A DNA stretch of 64,000 nt from the NCBI GenBank assembly GCA_043803745.1, contig JAZDJS010000019.1:1-64000 (forward strand), read 5' to 3'. The position numbers were made by a program, and so were the translations under genes. Below the pieces are notes generated by a model. That model was not told the DNA's origin, did not search any database, and was given only the letters and a program-made list of their open reading frames with translations. Shown piece by piece: positions 56,961 to 64,000 of the stretch. This DNA comes from an archaeon (GTDB taxonomy: Archaea; SpSt-1190; DYHY01). Position 1 is the first letter of the stretch. Every line of letters starts with the position of its first letter.

Positions 56961-57752
56961 TTGCTGATCGAACTTGCGAAAGCCGCCGTGCTTGGGGTTG
57001 TCGAGGGCGTTACTGAATTCCTTCCGATATCCTCGACAGGTCACCTTCTTGTTGTTTCGGGGCTCCTGAACTTCCCGGAAGGAAAAGCTGCCCGGGACAG
57101 CTTCGACATTTTCATCCAGCTTGGGGCGGTTCTTGCAGTCCTTCTCTATTACCGGAAGGATTTCTTCGGGAAAGGGGCGGGCGCCCTTTGGAGGAACCTT
57201 GCGCTCTCGTTCCTTCCGGTTGGAATCGTCGGCTTCCTCTTCGGCAGCGCAATCAAGTCAGCCCTGTTTTCCCCGCTTGTTGTCGCAACATCCCTCTTCT
57301 GCGGGGGAATCGTCCTTTTCCTGGTTGATGACGGAAAACGGTCCGGCAGGAAGGTCCGCCTTTCACCCAGGGATTTTCTTGCGATCGGATTTTTCCAGGT
57401 TTTCGCGCTTGTGCCGGGAGTCTCCCGCTCGGCCGCCGTTATTGTCGGCTGCCTGCTTCTGGGGCTTTCGAGGAGGGATTCCGCGAAATATTCCTTCCTT
57501 CTCGCGGTCCCGACCCTAGGGATTGCGACCGTTTACGAGCTTTTCTCGGCTTTCCGCTCCAGGGTGTTTTCGGCAGCCGATTTCCCCGCGCTCTCCGTCG
57601 GATTCGCGTTCTCGCTCATTTTCGCGGCAATTGCTGTGAAATTCCTGATTGGTTTCGTTTCATCCTCGAAAAACCCGTTCCGCGCATTCGCAATATACCG
57701 GGTTGTTGCGGGGATTTCGCTCCTGGCTCTCGTTCTTTCGGGCTTTCTTTGA
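56961..57752 (+). CDS. uppP: Undecaprenyl-diphosphate phosphatase (BacA family)
   Basis: VEGVTEFLPISSTGH, IQLGA, PGVSRS. Confidence 0.93.
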   Translation: MLIELAKAAVLGVVEGVTEFLPISSTGHLLVVSGLLNFPEGKAARDSFDIFIQLGAVLAVLLYYRKDFFGKGAGALWRNLALSFLPVGIVGFLFGSAIKSALFSPLVVATSLFCGGIVLFLVDDGKRSGRKVRLSPRDFLAIGFFQVFALVPGVSRSAAVIVGCLLLGLSRRDSAKYSFLLAVPTLGIATVYELFSAFRSRVFSAADFPALSVGFAFSLIFAAIAVKFLIGFVSSSKNPFRAFAIYRVVAGISLLALVLSGFL

Positions 57753-57807
57753 TTTCCCGTGAGCAGAGAAACAGATATAACGCGCGTCAGCGCCGTTCCT
57801 CCGGAAA

Positions 57808-59304
57808 ATGGCTCCTCGAAAGCCCGCAGGTTTTTGGGTCTTTGCCCTCGTTGCCGCATCCTTCCTTTTGTCCCTTCTGCACAGTTTCAGGGAGGGATAT
57901 TTCACGGAGATTTACTACGGCCTCGCTCTCTCCGACAACTTGTTTGACGGCTATCTTGGCATGTGGAAGGGAAACGACCCGAGAATCGGTCCCTTCTGGC
58001 CCATTTTCCTGAAGGTTTCCCGTGTTTTGGCTGGGCCGGCCTCAACGGTCTCGGCATATTTTGCGTTCGCAGTTGTTTCCGCGCTTGTTTCCTTCCTCAT
58101 CTATCTGCTCCTGAAAGACTTCTTGGACAGGAAGCGCGCTCTCCTTTTCGGCGGATTTTTGCTCGTTTCCGCGTTCTTCCCCTTTGCCGACAAGAACTAC
58201 AACGAGCTCGGAATCCAGGCCCTTCTCTCCCTGCTTTTCATTTTCATTCTTTTCCAGGCGGCCAAAACGGGAACTGTGCGCCTTGTTTCCCTTCTCGGGC
58301 TTGTCGCCGGAATCGGGATAATGAACAAGATTTTCTTCCTGGCCTTTCTCGTTGCCGCAGGGATTTCCTGCCTCCTTTCCGGAGTTGTCCGGTTCCGCGC
58401 GCTCGTCTCCGGCCGGGAACGTCTGGTCGTCTTCCTGCTTTCCGCAATTGCCGGACTCTTTCCATTCCTCGTTTACAACCTGACCGCCGGGAAATTCGGA
58501 ACAATTGGAGCCGTTCTGAAGACCTTTTCAGGTGGCGGCCGGATTTCTTCGGTCAGCTCCATTCCCCTTGCGCTTCTGGAACGGGCGGGCAACCTAACGG
58601 AGCTTTTGAGGCTTTCCCCTGAGAAGGCCTGTTTGCTTCTTGCGTTCTTTCTCCTCTACATCTTCTCAATCGCACGGGCGCCGTTCAAGGATCTCCTTAT
58701 CCGGCGGAAATTCCTGTTCTGGCTCTGGCTGTCTCTCCTCGTGTTCTTTCTCTCAATTTTCAACTATCATCAGTATCTCTGGAAAGTGCACTTGTCCGCG
58801 ATTTCGTTCTCCCTCACGCTTTTCTGCGGGTTCCCGTTTCTTTCCCTCTCGGAAAAGCGGGCTCGCCTCGCAATGAGGTGCCTTGCCTTGGCCGTCCTGG
58901 TGCTCCTCTTCAGCTTCGAGTCGGTTCCTCCCTTGGTGGCCTGGGCTTCCGGAGGGAACGTTTTCATTGACCGGACCCTGGGAATTGCCGGCTTGCAGAA
59001 GGAGGTTGGCTTTTCCAAAGCATATGTTCAGGAACCTTACACGATGGGGCTTTTCTCGGAAATTTTCGGGGAGGGTGTCGAGCTTGTTTTGCTGGGCTCA
59101 GCTGAAGACGCACGTTCGCTTGTTGAAGCGGGAGATGAGCAGGTCTTCTTGCTCGCGCAAACCGGCGACGGTATACTTCCGACCGATTCCGTAAGGCGTG
59201 CGGTGAAGGAAGCTGCTGACGAATCGGGCTTGGAAGTTGAGGAGCGCGTTTTCCCTGAGCCGATTTTTCCGGTCACATATCTCAGGGTGTTCCGCCCGGC
59301 ATAG
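57808..59304 (+). CDS. GT-C/ArnT-like membrane protein
   Basis: About 11 TM segments; DPRIGPFW, GIGIMNKIFF. Confidence 0.7.
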   Translation: MAPRKPAGFWVFALVAASFLLSLLHSFREGYFTEIYYGLALSDNLFDGYLGMWKGNDPRIGPFWPIFLKVSRVLAGPASTVSAYFAFAVVSALVSFLIYLLLKDFLDRKRALLFGGFLLVSAFFPFADKNYNELGIQALLSLLFIFILFQAAKTGTVRLVSLLGLVAGIGIMNKIFFLAFLVAAGISCLLSGVVRFRALVSGRERLVVFLLSAIAGLFPFLVYNLTAGKFGTIGAVLKTFSGGGRISSVSSIPLALLERAGNLTELLRLSPEKACLLLAFFLLYIFSIARAPFKDLLIRRKFLFWLWLSLLVFFLSIFNYHQYLWKVHLSAISFSLTLFCGFPFLSLSEKRARLAMRCLALAVLVLLFSFESVPPLVAWASGGNVFIDRTLGIAGLQKEVGFSKAYVQEPYTMGLFSEIFGEGVELVLLGSAEDARSLVEAGDEQVFLLAQTGDGILPTDSVRRAVKEAADESGLEVEERVFPEPIFPVTYLRVFRPA

Positions 59305-59440
59305 CGCGGATAACGCCGGCAGTTTCCTTGTCCGATTGGGGGCCGGAGAACGCGGAGGTCCTTTTCACCCTCTCCGGTGTCGGGAGCTGATGGCCGCTTT
59401 CCGGCGAAGGGATAAATAAGCTGGCTTGCTTCTCCCGCCA

Positions 59441-59728
59441 ATGACAGGAAGGAAGAAAAAAACGACAGTCGGCGTTCCGCTTGACAATAAGCTCCTCAAG
59501 AAGCTCGACCTCTTTGCCGAAGCTTCAAAGATTGACCGCAGGACGGTGATCAGAAATGCGCTCCAGGATTACGTAGAAGCTGCGAAGGATGCATTGGTCG
59601 ACTATGCAGTAAAGGGCTATGTCCAGGGAAAACTCGAGAAGAAGGAGTTCCTTGAGATTTCCCAGTTCGAATCAGTTCCCGAGAACGTCGAGGATGCCCG
59701 GGAGAAATTCCTTCTCCGGAAGAAATGA
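59441..59728 (+). CDS. RHH/CopG family protein
   Basis: TVGVPLD..LLKKLD....DRRTVIRNAL. Confidence 0.8.
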   Translation: MTGRKKKTTVGVPLDNKLLKKLDLFAEASKIDRRTVIRNALQDYVEAAKDALVDYAVKGYVQGKLEKKEFLEISQFESVPENVEDAREKFLLRKK

Positions 59729-60084
59729 GCTCGCTCATTCTCCCGCTTGCAGCATACTTTCTCGCCTGCTTTGCAACCTATCTTGCCGTTTCCATTGTGA
59801 TTAGTTTCTTCAGGTCGATTGGACGGAAGAGAGAGGCGGGCTTCTCGGCTGCGGCGAAGCTCTCGGCCAAGAACGCCCTTTGCGCAACCCTTCTTTTCGC
59901 TCTTCTCGGGCTTGTACTTTTCCCCTTGCTTCTCCCCCGAGTTGCAACTGCAGAGGCGAACAGCGTGATCGGCTCGATAATACTCATCGTTCTTCTCGGG
60001 ATTTTCGGGATTTTCGGGTTTGCGATTCTCTCGGCGCTTGCCTTTCTCGTGAAAACTATTGTCGATTCTTGGAAACTTGGATAA
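59725..60084 (+). CDS. Hypothetical membrane protein
   Basis: 3 TM segments; ATGA overlap. Confidence 0.65.
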   Translation: MSSLILPLAAYFLACFATYLAVSIVISFFRSIGRKREAGFSAAAKLSAKNALCATLLFALLGLVLFPLLLPRVATAEANSVIGSIILIVLLGIFGIFGFAILSALAFLVKTIVDSWKLG

Positions 60085-60091
60085 GGCAAGT

Positions 60092-60892
60092 TCAATAGTT
60101 GTAGATGAAAAGCTCCTTTCCCCGCGCGGCGGAACCCTGCTTGTAGTTGTTCATTCCGTACTGGAGCGTCCATTCCTTGATTTTCGCGGACGGGAAAAGC
60201 GCCCTGACCTCCGGGGAATCGTCGTAGGTTATCAGCCATCTGTGCCTGCAGGCCGAAACCAGTTTCGAGAATCTGGGGTGGTCGAAGCCTAAATGCAGGT
60301 CGCCCTTCTTCCCGTAAAGCCTAGATTTCGTTTTCGACAGGTATGGCGGGTCAAGGAAAATGAAAACCTGCTCCCCAGGGGCTGCAAGGGATTTTCCGTA
60401 ATCGTCGTTGGTTATTTTCACGCCGGAAAGGAGCTTTCCCGTTTCTTCAAGCCGGCTTACCGATGATTCCGTGAACCTGCCCTTGAACGCCTGCTCGGAA
60501 TAGCCGCCGGATTCGATTGTTCCGGAGAAGGTTATTCTATTCAGGATGAAGAACCTTGCTGCCCGTTCGAAATCTGATAGTTTCACCGGTTTCTTCGTCA
60601 GCTTTCCGAACAGGGCGCGCCCGTCCTTTTCCCGTTCCTTGACGTGCCTTATCTCCGAAACTAGTCCGGCGTTCTCGTCCCGGAGGAATTTCCAGAAGAG
60701 GAAGAGGTCTTCATTGATGTCGTTTATCCAGAATTTCCTTTCAGGAAAGCGCGATTTGAGCGCAAGGAAACTCGAGCCTCCGCCGACGAATGGCTCTCGG
60801 AACTCCCGGAACTCCGGGACGAGCGGCAGAATCTGGGGGAGGGCCCTGGATTTTCCGCCCGGATACCTGAGGGGGCTTCTTGCGGGATTCAT
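60092..60892 (-). CDS. Dam-like (D12 class) N6-adenine DNA methyltransferase
   Basis: LRYPGGKS, EPFVGGGS, INDIN, FLDPPY. Confidence 0.92.
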   Translation of the reverse strand: MNPARSPLRYPGGKSRALPQILPLVPEFREFREPFVGGGSSFLALKSRFPERKFWINDINEDLFLFWKFLRDENAGLVSEIRHVKEREKDGRALFGKLTKKPVKLSDFERAARFFILNRITFSGTIESGGYSEQAFKGRFTESSVSRLEETGKLLSGVKITNDDYGKSLAAPGEQVFIFLDPPYLSKTKSRLYGKKGDLHLGFDHPRFSKLVSACRHRWLITYDDSPEVRALFPSAKIKEWTLQYGMNNYKQGSAARGKELFIYNY

Positions 60893-61009
60893 TTGGAAGG
60901 AAACTTCCGGCCGGGTATTAAGGGTTTCTGCCCTGTCTTTCCCGGAAGCCGCTGTTTCAACAATCCCTGAAAAAGTTATAAGCTGGCTTTGCATAAATCC
61001 CCTTGATAA

Positions 61010-61804
61010 ATGGCTTCTCTCCAAAAGGCGCCGAGTTCGTTCGCGGACGATATTGTCTTCGGCCTCGTCACGCTTGTTGCGATTGTCTCCATTTTCTCAT
61101 ATTCGATGGACTTTGACCGGGCGTTTTTCGGGAAGGTTGCCGAAGTCCTTGCGCTCGGGATTCTCCTTTTCGCGGCAATCAGGCTTCAGCTGCTCGATGC
61201 CAAGCTGGGCATGCCTTTCGGGAAAACCCTGCTCCTCTGCTTTTCGGGTTTTCTCGTGCTTGTGGGGTTCGGGGTTTTTGCGTTCGAGGAAATCTACCGG
61301 CCCCTGAAATTCTCGACGGTTTCTCCGGCGGATCTTTTCATTGGAGCCGGCTTTGTCCTTTTTGTGGTCTTCCTCCTGAAGACCTTCTTGCCCCTCTTCG
61401 CGGCATATAGCCTCAGAGACCAGAAACAGGTCATCGCCCTCGGTCTCTATCTTCTGATACTTTCCCTGACTGCGTCTTTCCTCTACTCGAAGAGATTCCT
61501 TTTCGAAAATGCGGGGTTTGTCGCCGTTTTTTATGTTGCCCTGACCGTGCTTACCTTGATTCTCACGACCGGGCTTGCAATCTATATTGACGAGGGCCTC
61601 CTTTACATGCCGATTGTCCTTACGTCAATCGCGTTCTTCCTGATTTCCGCCGCGACCCTACAGTATTGCGCGAAAATAATATCGAGCGGATTCAGGACCG
61701 GGGGTGCCGAGGATTTCCTCTGGATTTTCGGATTCTTGCTTCTTGCGGTCGCTAAGACAATCGAGCTCGAGATGCTGAAGGGCATAGATGCTGCGGGCAG
61801 ATAA
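61010..61804 (+). CDS. Multi-pass membrane protein, paralog of 36807
   Basis: About 8 TM segments; SPADLF and FRTGGAEDFLWIFGF motifs. Confidence 0.75.
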   Translation: MASLQKAPSSFADDIVFGLVTLVAIVSIFSYSMDFDRAFFGKVAEVLALGILLFAAIRLQLLDAKLGMPFGKTLLLCFSGFLVLVGFGVFAFEEIYRPLKFSTVSPADLFIGAGFVLFVVFLLKTFLPLFAAYSLRDQKQVIALGLYLLILSLTASFLYSKRFLFENAGFVAVFYVALTVLTLILTTGLAIYIDEGLLYMPIVLTSIAFFLISAATLQYCAKIISSGFRTGGAEDFLWIFGFLLLAVAKTIELEMLKGIDAAGR

Positions 61805-61837
61805 GGGTTGTTCGACAACTGCGCGCTTTCTTGGGGC

Positions 61838-62065
61838 TCAGAACTCGACGCCTTCGTCGTGCTTCTTCGGGTCTTTCTCGGTCCGGAAGGAGAACCGATT
61901 GTCTTTTTTGCTCTGCTCAAGGCGCTTCCTTTCAGCCTCGGCCTGCTCCTCCTTCTTTGAGCCGCGCGTGATTTTGTTCTTGGCAAGCCATTCCGAGACG
62001 AGCTGCTTTGTTCCGGTGAACCTCTTCCGTCCCTGCTTGTCAAGATAAGTAGTTTCTTCCGTCAT
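61838..62065 (-). CDS. Small charged hypothetical protein
   Basis: 75 aa; TATA-like box about 27 nt upstream. Confidence 0.6.
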   Translation of the reverse strand: MTEETTYLDKQGRKRFTGTKQLVSEWLAKNKITRGSKKEEQAEAERKRLEQSKKDNRFSFRTEKDPKKHDEGVEF

Positions 62066-62119
62066 GATTCAGATTGGAGGGGATTGGGGGTTATAGAGGG
62101 AACGGTTTCTTCCAAATAC

Positions 62120-62557
62120 TTACCTTGATTTCCGCTTCAATTGGGCGAGGATTTCCTTTCCGCACGAGTTCCAGAACTCCAATATGTCTCTTGCCTGGTC
62201 TGTTTTGACGAGGTATCCGCTGTAATTCGCCTTGTGCCGCACTTCTCTGAACGTTTCAAGCATTGCGAGCCGGAAGGTTTCCTTCAAATCTTTGAAATCC
62301 AAGAGCGCATCCATTTGGATTTCATGGGAGAGTGTTTTGAGCCCGAGGAGGGCAAATCGAGCCTCGCCAAGGCACCGTATTGACTCGTAAAGCTCCCTGA
62401 AAACGACTGTCGCGCTATTTTCCGTAAGTTCCAACGTTTCCACGAACTGTGCGTTCTTTTCTGCAGAGTCAATCAAATCCCTTGCCTTTGGAACGTCTGG
62501 GGAAACTGTTGAAATCTCGCCCCGTCTCTCAAGCTCGCGAATTCTCCTCTTTTCCAC
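62120..62557 (-). CDS. HEPN domain protein
   Basis: SHEIQ, RHKANY; overlaps the MNT gene. Confidence 0.78.
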   Translation of the reverse strand: MEKRRIRELERRGEISTVSPDVPKARDLIDSAEKNAQFVETLELTENSATVVFRELYESIRCLGEARFALLGLKTLSHEIQMDALLDFKDLKETFRLAMLETFREVRHKANYSGYLVKTDQARDILEFWNSCGKEILAQLKRKSR

Positions 62558-63137
62558 TGGATTCGGCCTCTAGGAACCCGGACAAGACTATGCCGTTGGC
62601 AATGCTTGCGAAAAGGTTCCTGTCAATCGCGTTCCGGTCGAATAAGTGTATTTGGATTGCCTTTCCGCTAATCTTCTCGAACGCGGAGAGCTCCTCCAAG
62701 CAGGTTATTTTGTGCCCACCCGTCCCGGGACGTTCTATTGCAATGTCAATATCCGAACCAGTCGTGTCTTCGCCCCGCCGGAAGCTTCCGAAAAGGATGA
62801 TTGACCTGGGGCTGGCATATTTGTCTTTCAGGAACTCTACAAGGCCGCTCTGGTAGATGAAATTCAGGTTATAGACGAGCTTTGCTTTGAGGAAATTGAA
62901 GCTTTCCCGGTTCGCGCATATCCGCCAGATGCTTGAGAGCTTCTCGACCCTGACGTAGCCTGCAACCAAAAGGTACTTGACGATTCCGGAAAGGTTTCCC
63001 TTGGAAACTGAAACTTCCCTTGCAAGGTCGTTCAGGGAAACCTCCTTGTCGGGGTATTTGCAGAAGAACTCGAGGGTTTTTTGAAGGCTGGAACTGACGT
63101 AGATCTCCCGGTACTTTTTCGGAGTAATCGGTTTCAT
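62529..63137 (-). CDS. HTH plus MNT antitoxin
   Basis: SLNDLAREVSVSKG; LFGSFRRGEDTTGSDIDIAI. Confidence 0.88.
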   Translation of the reverse strand: MKPITPKKYREIYVSSSLQKTLEFFCKYPDKEVSLNDLAREVSVSKGNLSGIVKYLLVAGYVRVEKLSSIWRICANRESFNFLKAKLVYNLNFIYQSGLVEFLKDKYASPRSIILFGSFRRGEDTTGSDIDIAIERPGTGGHKITCLEELSAFEKISGKAIQIHLFDRNAIDRNLFASIANGIVLSGFLEAESSGKEENSRA

Positions 63138-63353
63138 TTCAGAACAATCGTTCTAAAAGAGGACCGCTTATAAGTTTTTTGGGGGGTTGTAGAGGGGGTG
63201 GTTTTTGAAGGAAACCGAACGCCCGCTCTTCGTTTTGGGGCGGAATATCGGAAAGTTGGTCCGTCCCAACAATTACATATTCGCGGCCCCAGTATCTTCC
63301 CGATGGGATTCGCAGCCACCAGCTATTTAAGCCAAGTAAGACCAATCTTACCC

Positions 63354-63638
63354 ATGGCAAAGATGGCGATGACCCGGCTGAGCTCGAAGGGGCAGATAGT
63401 TCTTCCGGTCGAGATAAGGAAGGGGTTCTCTGACGGGACGGAGTTCGTCCTGATAAGGGACAAGGACGATATTGTGATAAGGAGGGCTGACAAGGCGACA
63501 AAAAGGCTTCTAGAGGACCTCGAGTTCGCAAGGAGGACTGAGAAGGCCTGGAAGCAGATAACTTCTGGAAATTACATCGAACTATCCGAAGGCGCGTTCA
63601 AGAAGAAGCTTCGCAAATGGGTTGAAAAGGGACGATGA
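63354..63638 (+). CDS. AbrB/MazE family antitoxin
   Basis: TRLSSKGQIVLPVEIR; start moved to MAKMAM. Confidence 0.88.
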   Translation: MAKMAMTRLSSKGQIVLPVEIRKGFSDGTEFVLIRDKDDIVIRRADKATKRLLEDLEFARRTEKAWKQITSGNYIELSEGAFKKKLRKWVEKGR

Positions 63639-63886
63639 GCCTGCGCATAAGATATTCTTCCGACTTTAATTCGGCGTTGGCTAGGATGAAGGACGGTTTT
63701 ACGAAAGAAAGGATTGAAAAACAAATTTTGAGGATACTTGAAAACCCAGAGGTTGGCAAGCCAATGAGATACAACAGAAGGGGGACTAGGGAAGTGCGGG
63801 TCGGCTCCTTTAGGCTCTCGTATTATTATGAAAAAGAAGTGGGACTACTTTTCTTCCTCGACTTTTATCACAAGGACTGGCAGTGA
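63635..63886 (+). CDS. relE: RelE/ParE family toxin
   Basis: NPEVGKPM, REVRVGSFRLSY, YHKD. Confidence 0.88.
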   Translation: MSLRIRYSSDFNSALARMKDGFTKERIEKQILRILENPEVGKPMRYNRRGTREVRVGSFRLSYYYEKEVGLLFFLDFYHKDWQ

Positions 63887-64000
63887 AGATTGCCTCGGTC
63901 CACGGCGAGGAGTGGGGAGTTATAGAAGGGATGGTTCCAAACAATCGCCCGGTTGCGCGCCTCAGGAAAGCCGAAGAATCCTTCTTGCCTTCACAACGAA

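Overview
This window looks like an archaeal chromosome segment, probably from a DPANN-type lineage (inference). The evidence is uL16/L10e, TFE, archaeal TyrRS and AdkA, an S-layer protein, a class III signal-peptide pilin, a C-terminally short AlaRS and many near-leaderless genes. It holds about 70 CDS, three tRNAs (Ala-GGC, Thr-CGU, Gly-CCC), an RNase P RNA, five toxin-antitoxin modules (three RelE-type, two MNT-HEPN), a FokI-like orphan nuclease and an orphan Dam-type methyltransferase. The most notable signals are: (1) a complete -1 programmed-frameshift signal (C_CCA_AAA, stop codon, GC-rich hairpin) joining a ChlI/MoxR-like AAA+ gene to an acidic-linker plus vWA frame; (2) short hairpin-forming repeats at all three tRNA loci that carry duplicated tRNA ends, one motif of which also brackets a TA cassette; (3) further insertions marked by duplicated target sequence (alaX 3' end, and a TA cassette array at 62-64 kb); (4) a highly structured RNA of about 190 nt upstream of tRNA-Thr; (5) an AT-rich block covering the variable part of the pilin. 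Two homopolymer frameshifts (topA and a GT-C-like gene) may be assembly errors. All product calls come from recognising motifs by eye; no searches were run.
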